Origin: Tubulanus polymorphus
Lineage: Eukaryota; Animalia; Nemertea
DNA length: 64,000 nucleotides
Assembly: GCF_964204645.1 (NCBI RefSeq)
Contig: NC_134032.1
Location: 13,690,275-13,754,274 of the forward strand
Direction of reading: 5' to 3'
How positions within the stretch are numbered: the first letter of the stretch is position 1; each line of letters begins with the position of its first letter. The translations under genes and the position numbers were made by a program. Below the pieces are notes generated by a model. That model was not told the DNA's origin. It did not search any database and saw only the letters and a list, made by a program, of their open reading frames with translations. Below are positions 38,851 through 51,559 of this stretch, piece after piece.

Positions 38851-39788
38851 TTACCAATAATAGGTGGCGTTAGTAGGTAAACCTACAGGGGTTTTATATT
38901 TACGAATTACAATCTATTTTTATCATTAGATTTTGAGGTTTTAGAAAATATAGAAATTTAATCTTAAAATATTAAGAAAATTGTATAGAATTTGAAAGGT
39001 GTTAATGTTTATTGTATTAAAACAGGGGCCACAGTTTCATAGACTTATATCGCGTGAATCATTTTGAAAATAAATTCAGCCGATAATTAGGCCAACTGGA
39101 TTCAATTTGGTCCCCTTGCCTGTTTAGGTCTGGTTTCACAAAAATGATTAATGCCTTGAATCAATTATCAACAGTTGAAACTTTTTTTTTGTGAAACTGG
39201 ACGCAGACCACTCTCACAATTCGAGGTGAAAATTTGGCTAGGGTCGAAACCGTCAAATTGAACAGGAAACTGCGGTCCTTATGTTTATAACGTTGTTTTT
39301 GTTGGTGCTTGTTTTATTGTAACCCGTCCAACTGTTAAGTAGTAACCAGTCCAATTTATTATTTACCATCCAGTTTTAATAAAAATATATAATTATCTGT
39401 TTATATCGATACATAGCTTGTCTTCTATGTAGTATATTGTATTAGTTTTATTGAAATCTATATCGAATCTTTACATCCTTTTAAACAGCTGAAAAATTTA
39501 TTTATTTCAAAGTGGATGCTATTTTACTTGAGAGTCAAAAATATGACGTCAAAATTTGTTCGATTGAGAATTTAAATAAATTATTTGAATCGTGAATTTA
39601 TTTCTTTGTAATCGTGGATATTATTCATATTAATATAGATTTATATTTTACGATAAAAAAAATTGTTGTTTCAAGAAGTTGTTTTTGGTCTTTGGAGAGG
39701 AAAAATATGTTCAACGTTTCAACGAAACGGCTCCGACTGAAGACATCTACAGAAATTTGAACTTTTGGTGTCTTGTTTTTACTCATTA

Positions 39789-39952
39789 GGGATCATTCAT
39801 TTATTACGTACGCATAAAATTTGAATTTTTCCAACCCCCCTCCCCTCTGTACGCAAAATCGGCCATTCTTTCATATTCATTAAGCATTACAATACGCAAT
39901 TGCACTTAACCCTACCCCTCCCCTAATGCATACGTAATATATAAATGATCCC
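39789..39952. mobile_element. Tourist/PIF-Harbinger-type MITE
   Basis: TTA|GGGATCATTCATTTATTACGTA...TACGTAATATATAAATGATCCC|TTA: TIRs plus a TTA TSD. Confidence 0.85.
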
Positions 39953-40321
39953 TTAGTGGATAAGAAACAGCCCCCACTGAAGATATCTTACAATTTAATC
40001 AGGGAATATTTGGTCATCGACGGTCAGAGAATTATCAGGGAAACTGCATTCTCTATTCTGTAAGAACCATGAGTATATATGGCACCAGTCACGAGGAGAC
40101 GAGCAACAACAACAGAAAATAAAAGTGCTTTTGATTCCTTTTATTCTTTGCATGATTCATTGTTAATATCATGATCAAGATCACTTTCGATCATCGCGAT
40201 TAAAAAAAATATTCCACTAAAACGAGTCCCTGGCAAATACGCACCAGATTATAGTTTATCACAGAACTAACTACACGCGCGAGGGGTGTTTATTCTCCCA
40301 AATAAACACCAGAGGGCGCTA

Positions 40322-43300
40322 TTACGATACAGTCTCGGGTCCGTGAGTCCAGTTCGGAGGTCGTTTCTCTAAGAAAGCTTTGATTCCTTCCTGACCATCT
40401 TTCAAGGACAGATTCGAAACCATAACTTGCTCAGCAGTTCTATAGAAAATATGATTTTTTAGATTTTAACAACGACCGACGGGCGGGAAGAGGGCAGGAG
40501 TAGGAGAGGGGTTTACCTGTAAGCTGATTCCCGATCGAGTCCGACCTGGGAGTAGAATGTAGCTTTACCCAACGCGACGACCATTCGACTCGTTTCACAA
40601 ATACGATCGGCGATTTTCATCGTCTGAAATATCGTGAAAAATATCCATTTATCGCAAATGAATAAAATATCAACGACTTCTGTAATATCAATATTCGTAT
40701 TTCACATATACCTCTGCATCTAATCTATCATTAGGGACGACTTTGTTGACCAAACCATGAATTAAAGCTTCTAAAAAAGAATTTCAACAATTTCGTCATC
40801 ATTAAAGTCTAATGATGAGCGGTAAATGGCGCAAGTTCGATTTAATACCAACCCTGAGCTGTAATCGGTGTACCGGTCAGTAACATCTCCATGGCAACCT
40901 TACGCGGTACAGCGCGAGCGATGGCGACACCTGGCGTCGAACAGAATAAACCGATATTCACTCTTAAAAAAAAAAAACAGAAAAAAAGCGCTACTGTACA
41001 AAACCGCTGAAATAAATACTACAGGACTAAACTAAACATGGCAATTCAGAGGCGTAGTGTTGCAGAGATATGTGACTCTTAAGACCAAAAGTGGTCTTAA
41101 CTTAATCGGGTCTTAACTTTTTAGATTGTTTATAGAACCAAAATGAACTTAGACTGGTCTTAAGTTGTTAGATTTGTTAGGATTAAGATGAGCCTAGACT
41201 GGGCTTAAGTTAAAGGATTAAGATGAGCTTTAAACTGGCCTTAAATCTTAAAACCATGACTGCATGCCCTCGACTGAATTTCGGACTATATCTTCGGAAG
41301 GATTTCGGGGTAGTAGTGTCTACGACAGCCACTGGGGGTCGCTAGTGTGAATACTAACCCCGGAGTCGCGAATTGAGCTGATTCCGAAACGACGGCCAAA
41401 TCACAACTAGCGACGAGTTGACAACCGGCGGCTGTGGCTAAACCACGTACCTGAGCTATAACTGGAACCGTCACATCCTGTCAATAGATGAACATAAAAT
41501 ACAACACTATCGGTCTTCTAAACACCCTCCCCCTAATCACCACCCCCTAATGAATCATGAATCATGGCAGAATACCTGGACTAACTTCATTAATTCCGTA
41601 CATCTCTGAAACAATTTCACGTGGAATCCTTTCCCTGATTCTGAAGTCTGAAAATAATTTTTTTTTAAATATATCATATTGAATATCAACCTCCAGGGTT
41701 CTATCTAAGGAATGAAAGCCACTTGCCCGGGGGCAAGCATATCTGGAATTTCGCTTGCCCCCTCCAAAAGCCACTTGCCCTTCACAGGCAGTCCGATTGG
41801 TGGCACTATCATCCGTTGTATCAAGTGGGGAAAAGGCTTTGTGACAACTTTTGCACGACTAGCCCTGCGGACAAGTGATAATGATTACCTACTTGCCCTG
41901 ATGAGAATATACTTGTCCCGGGCGATCGGACAAGTGCTTAGATCGGACCCAGGCCTCAGTCAAGCATGTAAAGGGCAGAGCAAGAGACTAGGAAAAGTAT
42001 ATCGCTTTAAGGATGCATTCTAGGGTGGCTATTTCAACATAATTTCGAAACATCTCTTCAAAATTGAGGTCTGTTTAGACATAAATCACCCGTCCATTTA
42101 TTAATCAAGGGAGCACATGAAATTTCAAAGTTGTGATAGACGTCTCAAAAGATCTATCGCCAGACCTGAGTACCTGATATCTCTAATTTGGGAAATTTTC
42201 ACCAAAATTGAGACTCAAATAGTTGTTTGATTGAAAATGAACCGATGAAATAAAAACCCGACCGATTTCGAGAGTAGGACACATATTAGTACAATATCCA
42301 TACTCAAACGTGGTAAACAGATAATAAGATAAAAACCCACAATGCACTAGTTACACCTGAAGATGATGTCTAGGGTGTCTATTTTATATTCTAGATTTTT
42401 TGAATAAATAAATTCTCGATTCTAAAATTCTTTTAACTTGCACATAGTGAGTTTTTATCTTAGTACACACAAATTATGATATTTTGGGGGAAGTTGGGCT
42501 GTTAAAATTAAACTACTCTTGAATAGCAGTTGTACTGGCGTCTGCTTTGCTAGATCCCCGGCCCTAAATCTCGGATATCTCAAATATTTACGATTACCAA
42601 TTCTCTGAGATCGTGCCCCGATGAAAAAACATTCTCTTCAGCTTTGATAATGATCACTCTCAATTCCTCGCTGTCCATATTCTTCCGTATGTCGGCGATT
42701 AACGCCTCGATCATCGCTATCGACAACGCGTTCCTAAAATACAACAATACCATCCATCAATCAACCAACAAGATCATTGTCTGTGCAGATCGGTCATTCC
42801 TGGATATAAGGAGTTTACAAGCAGGGTCCCTACAGATCGGTCATTCCTGGATATAAGGAGTTTACAAGCAGGGCCCCTACAGAACGGTCATTCCTGGATA
42901 TAAGGAGTTTACAAGCAGGGCCCCTACAGATCGGTCATTCCTGGATACAAGGAATTTTCAAGCCAGGTCCCTATAGATCGGTCAATCCTGGATATAAGGA
43001 GTCCCTACAGATCGGTCATTCCTGGATATAAGGAGTTTTCAAGTCAGGTCCCTATAGATCGGTCATTCCTGGATATAAGGAGTTTTCAAGCCAGGTCCCT
43101 ATAGATCGGTCAATCCTGGATATAAGTTGTCCCTACAGATCGGTCATTCCTGGATATAAGGAGTCCCTACAGATCGGTCATTCCTGGATATAAGGAGTTT
43201 TCAAGTCAGGTCCCTATAGATCGGTCATTCCTGGATATAAGGAGTTTTCAAGCCAGGTCCCTATAGATCGGTCAATCCTGGATATAAGTTGTCCCTACAG

Positions 43301-45771
43301 ATCGGTCATTCCTGGATATAAGGAGTCCCTACAGATCGGTCATTACGGCATATAAGGAGTCCCTACAGATTGGTCATTCCTGGATATAAGGAGTTTTCAG
43401 TGTCGTAAGGCGCTTATATCGCTATTAGCAACCAGTTTGACAACCAGTGGATGCATTGTTGAACCGAAATCTAAGGAATTTTGTGATGAGTGCTGACCTT
43501 TTCTTAGGGTTATTCAAAGTGATAGTTCGGATGCCATTTTTTTCAGTTGTCAAGACGATGGGTTCTTGTTTCGTAGTTTCGGCAGTTGACATCGTTCTGA
43601 CTGCGCTTGTGGGACCGGCCGCCCGACTTGCCGGGCCTGCCGCCCGATACCAACCTCCAACAACTACCTAGATATTCACAAAAAACACAGCTTTTAACAA
43701 GGACTGTTTAGCAATCCCCGGAAATAGTGAAAAATGAATTAACAATGGACGTTTTTGTTCAACTGCGTGTCGTCCATTCTAATGTCTATTTCAACCTGAC
43801 TTGAGAGCATTCCGGGTGGCCTAACTCGCTAATCTCTGGTAGTACATACCTGATAAAGGTCTTAGTGGGACCAGAAAGGACAGGCAGTCGACCTAAACCA
43901 TCACTTTTTAATCCATTTGCAACTGTATTGAAGGATATCCAAAAAGTCTTCACTGAAAGGGGTTAAATGAAGAGAAGTGACTCCATGATTTGAAAGTTTA
44001 ACAATATGTTTCCATGCCTACATACCAAATTTCAGTTGGTAGGCATGGAAACATATTGTTAAACTTTCAGATCATGGAGTCTCTTTTCTCTCATGAACCC
44101 CTTTCAGTGAAGACTTTTTGGATATCCTTCAATACAGTTTCAAATGATTAAATAATTTTGATTTAGGTCCACTGCCAGTCCTTTCCTGGTCTTACTAAGA
44201 CCTTTATCAGGTATGTACTACCAAAACTGAGCGAGCTAGGCCACCAGGAATGCTCTCAAGTCAGGTTGAAATAGACATAAGTCAATGATCAATGGAAAAT
44301 TTGATCATTACTTGTCGCTCTCCCCCTAGACTAGTAGAATGATGATGTCAACTTTGAATGTGGCTTTCCAGGCAATGTGTAGTAACAAGTTGAAATAGAC
44401 ATATGAAGTATCTAATTATCAGATGTTGTAAATGTAAAGGACCACGTCTTGGGGTCCCCTTATTACCGAGATGACGTAATTTACCAAGATGAACCGAGAT
44501 GACATATTTATTTATTCCTAATCGATTTTTAACAATTGAAATCATATTATATCAGTAATTAATACCTTCTAGAGTCATACTTTTCCGGATATACATATTT
44601 ATTTATTCCTTATCGATTTTAACAATTGAAATCATATTATATCAGTAATAAATACCTTCTAGAATCATTTTTTTCCGGATATTTTGTAAAAAAAACTTTG
44701 ACTTCAAATACGTCATCTCGGTTAGCAATAAAATTTCAATGAATTTGATTGATCGATGATCTCATCTCGGTAAAGTTAAAAGTTATTTTTCTACAAAAAT
44801 ATCCGACAAAATATGTAAAATATGACTCCAGCAGGCATTTATTATTGATATTATATGATTACAAGTGTTAAAATCGGTAAGGAATAAATAAATATGTTAT
44901 ATTTCATGTCATCTCGGTTGATCTCGGTTCATTTCGGTAAATTACGTCATCTTGGAGGACCGCGTCTGGTATTCAGACTAAATGTGTTTCCTCGAACACT
45001 CAGGCTATTTTTACGACCCTGTAAACGGACGACACTAGCTATATTTACGACGTTTCATTCTGATTGGCTATTTCACGTTGCGCATGCGCACTAGGGTGCA
45101 TGACTTAGAAAAATCAAGAGTTAGAGAAAATAGAGCGGATAGAGCGAGACTCGAACCCGGGCCAGTAAATTACTAGCACAGCATCATACCACTAGACCAC
45201 CGAGCTCGCTGAAAACCACTCGAATGTTTTAACTAAATATAGCCTCACCTTACCCTAATCCTATCCCGAGGGGGTAAAACGGACCCTTACCCTAACCCTA
45301 AAACCCTCTGGACCCTCTTCTCACCCTCTTGACACTAATCCTCTCCTCTCTAGACCATAATCCTAAATTCAATATAAAACCGTCGTAAATATAGAATTTA
45401 CGACCGCTTTACGACGCCGTAATATAATATAGCCACTTTGTTCCTCGAAACTGCTCTTCTATTCAATGGCAACTCCTCTTCCTTTCAGTTTAACTCGCAC
45501 TCTCTCATTCCGTTGCCCTAGATGCCAAATATTGGCCATGCAACGTAGGTAACTAGAACTTGAACTTGAACTTGCTGCAAGTGCAAACAACCGGCGGTAC
45601 CATATTTTCATTGAATTGATTATTAAATCAATTTTATTTCGTCTAATTACACAACATTTCGAAGCGGTTTTTGACTCGAAAGATTCTTCGATAGTTCAGA
45701 CTTACATTGAATTTATCTACTTGAGTTGTCAAGCGCCTCAAACTTCGTAAACTCGCGGAGAAAAAAGACAT
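40322..45771 (-). CDS. ECHDC3: Enoyl-CoA hydratase domain-containing protein 3, mitochondrial (318 aa, 9 exons)
   Basis: complement(join(40322-40439,40517-40623,40712-40770,40853-40962,41359-41477,41576-41647,42598-42733,43498-43667,45706-45771)), all phases consistent. Motifs [101 protein letters not shown]. The N-terminus is an R/S/L-rich mitochondrial-type presequence. Confidence 0.95.
41694..41952. mobile_element. hAT-like MITE in an ECHDC3 intron
   Basis: CAGGGTTCTATCTAAG...CTTAGATCGGACCCAG termini with internal acttgccc repeats. Confidence 0.6.
42786..43398 (+). repeat. Intronic minisatellite (34 and ~47 bp variants), same family as 36888-37308
   Basis: gtccctacagatcggtcattcctggatataaggag(tttacaagcagg) x ~15. 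Confidence 0.95.
43782..44278. mobile_element. ~500 bp whole-length palindromic (foldback) element, copy 1, in ECHDC3 intron 1
   Basis: atgtctatttcaacctgacttgagagcattcc...ggaatgctctcaagtcaggttgaaatagacat; the arms pair up to a ~7-nt centre near 44029-44035. Confidence 0.9.
44441..44970. mobile_element. Palindromic MITE with ccgagatgac subrepeats
   Basis: agatgacgtaatttacc...ggtaaattacgtcatct inverted ends and inverted internal blocks. Confidence 0.7.
45003..45434. mobile_element. Non-autonomous element carrying a tRNA-derived segment and CCCTAA-like repeats
   Basis: GGCTAT..TTACG / CGTAA..ATAGCC ends. Minus-strand A box TGGTCTAGTGG and B box GGTTCGAGTCT at ~45147-45200; ccttaccctaaccctaa at ~45285-45300. 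Confidence 0.55.
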
Positions 45772-46480
45772 TTTCTCTTGCTGTATGACCTGCTGTGTGT
45801 GATTGAGTTGACATCGATTGATTTGATCCAAACAACTAAAACGCGTATGACGGACTTTAAGTCCACGATCGGAGTTTTAGTGTCGGCTGGCAGTGCCAGT
45901 AGTCCGACGTCATTGTAACGGCGGGGATAATAAAACATTAAATCTGAAGAAATCCATTGCCATTTTCTATCATCTCCTTCTCTCAATTCTCCATCTCTAC
46001 AATCTCAAGCTTCCCGGCTTTCACTTTTTTGAACGACTTGAAGAAATGTAACGGGCTCCTGGACTCGCTTTAAACCCAGGGGCGTGGGCGTACGCCCAAA
46101 GTGGGCCATGAGTTGGAGATCCTTGCATATTTGTGGATATATTTCTAATTTAGGTGGGGCGGCCTATCGGTGTCGTTGCTGCTCTATCCTCATTCTGAGT
46201 TTCCGCGTTCGATCCATCCTGGTATTGAAAGTTTTTTCAAAAACGAGTCGCGTCGTCGGCCGAATTAAAGTTAACCCGTCGCCACAGACGTCTTACTCAG
46301 CCTAATAGTTCCATTGCTAAGTGCCTTACTACCTACCGGTACATTGGTTAACAACCAACTAATACGTAAGCTTTATGAATATGGCTGCCGGCCTTCAGTT
46401 AAAATCTTTTGCTTCCTTATTGCCTCGAGTGCGCCATAACCAAATGACGTTTGATCGTGTCGTTCCTTAGCTTTTATGCA

Positions 46481-46590
46481 GGACCCAGTTCCACAGTTGT
46501 GAGTTAGAGTTAACTCCGAGTTAAAACTAGTTTATTTTCAATTAGTTGACTCTGAGTTAAATCTTAACTCAGAACTGTGGAACTGGCTCC
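46481..46590. mobile_element. Short MITE (gagttaactc family)
   Basis: ggacccagttccacagttgtgagttagagttaactc...aactcagaactgtggaactggctcc; related copies at ~52630-52760 and 63935-64000. Confidence 0.75.
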
Positions 46591-47422
46591 AGATTAGCAA
46601 ACCATCGAAAAAGCGTTAAATTGCACGGTCAATGAAAAATCGTTAGAATGATCATTTCGAATCAGAAATTGTCGTTTTATTTTTCGATCAAATACTTCAT
46701 CAATGAAACTGGATCAAATTTTTCACGATCAGAATTTATTTCAAGATATTCGGATGATTTTTTGTTGATTCAAACATATGTAGACTCTGATTTATGTACT
46801 TATAATATCGAACTTTCTCATAAAGATCCTGTAAAGAAAATAGTTTCCGTTTTCGTTACTTCGCCAGTTACTCGAAATTTCGAGATATCGTTTACAAGTT
46901 TCATCTTGGGTTTTCCCCGCGCAATGCGCGCTCCATGTTCAAGTTTCAAAAATCCCGGAGATCGACGCTCATGATTTGCGAAGGCTTATATTCACTAAGC
47001 GTTTTTCGAAGTTCAGTAAGCCCCCCCCCCTTGCCAAGAAATTTGTTAAAAGTAGATGTTTATAAGTGATACCCTTGTTTCTTTGGACAATCATCTATGT
47101 CAAAAGGTAATAGAAATTGTGCTTGGTGAAAAATACGAATACGAATACGAATATTTATTACACTCCAACCATTCCCATGGTATATGGAGGAAAAAAAGTA
47201 TTTACAATTATTTACAAAAACAGTAGATAAAAGCACTTTGAAACATAACAAACGTTATTACAACATACTATTTACACACTACCGGAGGGCCCCATATTTT
47301 CTTCAAATGTGCTAAAGCACCCTCTGTTGTTGTTTTTTTTTTTATAGATAAGAGATAGAGACGATAGGAGGCCCGGGATACTTGCGCCCCCTGGATTTGT
47401 TTGTGTCTAGCTTTGATTCGAC

Positions 47423-47665
47423 TTACTTTTCACAACTTGAATCGCATCTTGGGCAGATACAACATTTACTACCCGGGGTAGTGCATGTTTCAGAATCGCG
47501 TGATTTACCATCACCAAAACAGTCAAGATTTTCTCTTCTACAATAATAGTAGTTATCGTCATCCTGGTAATTACATTCTTCACCGTCGACTTCAACGATA
47601 CCACATTGCAACAATGTAATCATCATTACTAAACCAATCACCGTCGTCAGTTGGTAACTAACCAT
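47423..47665 (-). CDS. Small secreted cysteine-rich peptide, copy 1 (80 aa; signal peptide plus 9-Cys mature region)
   Basis: MVSYQLTTVIGLVMMITLLQCGIVEVDG-EECNYQDDDNYYYCRRENLDCFGDGKSRDSETCTTPGSKCCICPRCDSSCEK*. Acceptor (ttttcag) 1 nt before the ATG; putative non-coding first exon ends at 49381 (CAG|GTAGGT). Paralogue at 56238-56480. Confidence 0.85.
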   Translation of the reverse strand: MVSYQLTTVIGLVMMITLLQCGIVEVDGEECNYQDDDNYYYCRRENLDCFGDGKSRDSETCTTPGSKCCICPRCDSSCEK

Positions 47666-48201
47666 TCTGAAAAGAGAAAACACACATGGCTGCCAACCTC
47701 TGAAAAGTGCTATCAGTAAAAAATTGAATTTTTTTCAGGAAGATTTCATTGAAATATGAAAGAAAATGTTCAAATTAATCAGTAATCAACAGTGAGACCC
47801 TCAGTAACATTCATATATCTGTTCAAATTAATCAGTAATCAGCAGTAAGACCCTCAGTATCATCTTCCATATTTCTAATCTGCATCAAAAAAATCTAATC
47901 AGTATTTTCTTTTATAAAAAAGTAACAAATACTGCAAATCAGGAACTGATGGCAACTCTGAATACGTTAAGCTTGACGAAGGTTTAAATCCATAAACCAG
48001 CGCTCGATAATAATTCACCACTCCAATTTCTAATCAGTCGCTTTCATCGGTTTTTATCGTTTTGACTGTGTGTCAGTACTGTGCACGGAAACACGGAAAT
48101 GTGGAAACAAACATCCATGCTTGGAAACTTTAATTGTTCCCGAAGAAACTATGTTTCTCGTTGCGCGAAAACGCACACGCCACAGGGAAACGCTCGCAAA
48201 C

Positions 48202-48404
48202 ATAGTCGACAAAAACCCACGATAAAAAAAAAACTATCTGGTAGCTTAACGTTTCAACTCAATTCTATGAGCCATTTTCAAAAACAGTATTTGAAAATGG
48301 TATTTGAAAAAAATATACAGTTTTTGAAAATGGCTCATAGAATTGAGTTGAAACGTTAAGCTACCAGATAGTTTTTCTTTTTATTGTGGGTTTTTGTCTA
48401 CTAT
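48202..48404. mobile_element. ~200 bp foldback MITE in the intron of peptide gene copy 1
   Basis: atagtcgacaaaaacccac...ctatctggtagcttaacgtttcaactcaattctatgagccattttcaaaaac followed by its near-perfect inverse, ending gtgggtttttgtctactat. Confidence 0.85.
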
Positions 48405-49380
48405 TGATATTGGACAGCCACTTGTCTATGGAAACCCAACTCGGAAACATATAACTGTTTCCGCGTTTCCTTGACTTAATGAAATAGGAGATGAGTATCA
48501 CTTTATTTTACAACGTCCTGTTTTAAAAGATTTAAGAACGCAATTCATACCGAATTTATTTGTTTACCAGACATCCACAAATATCATGTATTCAATTGTT
48601 CACGCAAGTCAGTAAGAAAACTAGTTATGTACATGAGAACATGTTCAAAACTACTATTATAAGATATTGTTATCCTTTTCTTTTCCTGTTTTATATGTAA
48701 GGAAATATTGTAAGAAATTTTATCTGTGCTCATATGTGGAGCAAATAAAATCTGAATTTGAATCTGAAATAGTTGACAGATTCTTTATTGCTACGGATTC
48801 TTATCGCGCGATAGCGATAGTCCGGGCCGATAGTCGTACTACCGAAAAAAACTTTCTCGAGTCACCGACCTGTGTAGACGGTGCACGATATAAATACCGC
48901 ATTAGCGAAAGGCGGCTTTCCGAAAAGCGGCTTATCTGGTTAAAATGTAGATTAAGTAAGTGACAAATAGTGTCTGTCAAGAACGACCTTAGAAGAATCG
49001 TATCAACCAGGTTCAACTGTACAAAGCTCTTTTATACAAAAAAGAGACAGAATAGGAAATAATTCAATAAGTTACACCGATTAACAGCAAAATTATCATA
49101 ATTTCACCCCTAAAAATTGTCATACCATTTTCATTGAAGTTAACGGTCATCATAAGGGATTGACAAAATTTAAGACCTCGTCAGAAAAAAATACAGAACG
49201 GTTTCCCGACTGCTGAGTGCGGAGTCTGGTTTTTAGAAAAATAAACAGATTGATTGCAAAGTTGTTGATTGACTAAAATGAACGCAGAATCGTCACTTCA
49301 TAAGTTTACCATATACGTGAGCTTGTCGCGCACTCAAATTCAGTTACATACGGCGCCAGTCTCAGTAAAAATGGACCTAC

Positions 49381-49497
49381 CTGCTTAATATTTCGTCGTC
49401 GTCGAAATGTTTTCAGTGATGAACGAGAGAGAGTCTTCCTGCGTCAAACGGCTTTCTCGATTTACACCGAAATACGACGCCTTCTTATACACATTGG
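49381..49497 (-). promoter_or_regulatory. Putative non-coding first exon and TATA-like box (TATAAGA) of peptide gene 1
   Basis: Donor GCAG|GTAGGT at 49381/49380; gtgTATAAGAagg at ~49483-49489 with CCAAT immediately upstream; homologous to 57281-57397. Confidence 0.55.
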
Positions 49498-49954
49498 CGA
49501 ACAATCATGATTTTTGGTGTCAATATCTTGATTTCTGATTTATGTCAGTTGCTCCGCCTCCAGATGACAGATCATAAAATGACACGAAACACACTCACAG
49601 AATAATTTTCACCATTCATTCGATATGAATCAATTTTCTAAAATTCATTATTTCATATATTTACAGTAAAATGTTCACGAAAAAGAAATGTACACTCTTA
49701 TATGCAATTATGAATAATGCATGTAGATAATATGGCATTTGTATATTTTTATATCATTCTGTGGTCTTGCAATGGCGAATATAACAAATTAATTTCTGTA
49801 AAGGCCCTCGGATCTTCCAGTGGATCCGCTCATATTGCCGAATCAGTTTTTAGATTAGTTCATTTTGACTGTTTGGAACTGAGAGTCAAATTTAACTCAA
49901 AACGGTAGAACCGAGGCCTTGAACCAGTTGTATGTACGGTTTCATCCAAATTTT

Positions 49955-50416
49955 ATGAGTTAGAGTTAACTCTGAACTCATGATCCAGTTCTACAGTTAT
50001 GAGTTTGAATTAACTCTGAACTCATTATCCAGTTCTACAGTTATGAGTTAGAGTTAACTCTGAACTCATGATCCAGTTTCACAGTTATGAGTTTGAATTA
50101 ACTCTGAACTCATGATCCAGTCCCACAGTTGTGAGTTAGAATTAACTCTGAACTCATGATCCAGTTCTACGAGTTTGAGTTGACGCTGAATTCATGATCC
50201 AGTTCTACAGTTGTGAGTTAGAGTTAACTCTGAAGTCAGGACCAAGTTCTACAGTTATGAGTTAGAGTTAACTCTGAACTCAGGATCCAGTTCTACGGTT
50301 GTGAGTTAGAGTTAACTCTGAAGTCAGGATCCAGTTCTACAGTTATGAATTAGAGTGAACTCTGAACTCAGGACCCAGTTCTACAGTTATGAGTTTGAGT
50401 TAACTCTGAACTCAGG
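49955..50416 (+). repeat. 44-bp tandem repeat x ~10 derived from a MITE terminus
   Basis: gagttaactctgaactca(t/g)gatccagttctacagttatgagtt(a/t); matches the left end of the MITE at 46481. Confidence 0.92.
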
Positions 50417-51559
50417 AAAAATTCATTTTGCGAATTATTCGTTCGTTCGTGCACATCGCAGTCCGAGAGAATCCGGAACAGCACACAACATACAGTATAC
50501 ACTTAGTAACCGAGTTGTGCTAAGGATTTCCATAACTTAATCAAAAATCTAGAAATTTTTTGAAAATAATTTGTTTTATCTTCATCATCTTAAATCTTCT
50601 TTTACTCGGTCACTCGATCGGTTCTTACTGGCCTGATTCGTATCGCTCAGGACAAGTTTGACCAAGAAAGCGCAATAGCCGTGTGGTAAAAGCCATCGGT
50701 CAAAGGTTTTAACAAAGTCTACATCTGTTTTCAAAACTAACAACAAACACAAAATGCAAAAGCGAAATCTGAAAATGGCGATCAGGTACATTTCTTCGCA
50801 AGGAAAAGGAACTTTCTTCTGACAAAACTTGGATGATATCATTTTCAAATTAGTTTCCGTAAAAAGGCCCTCAGATCGTGCCGTGGATTCCCGGGTTCAG
50901 TTTTCAAATTAGTTCATTTTCACTGTTTGGAACCGAGAGTCAAATTTAACTGAAAACTGTTGAACCGAGGCCTTGAACCAGTTGTACGGCTGTGAGTTAG
51001 AGCAGTGTCGTATAGAAGAGTTAGTTAGTTGTGAGTAAGAGTTAATTCCGCGCGAAAAATTCGTTCGATAGGTCATCTCTTACTGTGGAATTTGATCCAG
51101 GGATAGAATAGAATAGAATATATTCTATTGCTCACAAAAATACATTTGCTAAGATCGCAAAAAGACAATGCAACATGTTATACATTATCAGAAACAAAAT
51201 TCTGTGTTATATTGGATAGATGATAGCTAAGGCTAATATTTATCCAAGAATTCACAAACTTTGGGATGTCTGTCGTGAAATCACTTCATTGTGTTTGGCC
51301 ACCAATATGACACGTAGTCACTTGGTTAAAGCACATAAGCCTGTATATAGCAGGCCTATAGTTCTCTGGGAGCGCTAGAAAAATCGATGCAGTAAATGAC
51401 AGTGACAAGTAATCGAATTGCGGAGATAGAAAATCAGAAAACACCTGTTTTTGTTTTTCATCGTCGCTAACTGATGATGTAGGCTTTTATCGCAGAGATC
51501 GAAATCATTCCCCGATTTCCAGTAAACGCCGGTCGATTGGGCCGCTCTGTACCGCTCAA

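Larger units (their letters stand above)
48606..50763. repeat. Segmental duplication copy A (intron, 5' exon and promoter of peptide gene 1)
   Basis: Nearly identical to 56504-58430 from aagtcagtaagaaaactagttatgt to aaaatgcaaaagc. Confidence 0.92.

Noticed and set aside
45135-45210. tRNA gene (AGT anticodon, minus strand)
   Set aside because: A and B boxes are present but the anticodon and acceptor stems do not pair, and it is embedded in a repeat element.
48667-49016. Duplicated ORFs of ~95 and 71 aa (also at 56565-56914)
   Set aside because: They lie in the duplicated intron, overlap a Tc1/mariner-like MITE end (aggttcaactgta), have non-ATG starts, and are conserved only because the duplication is recent.
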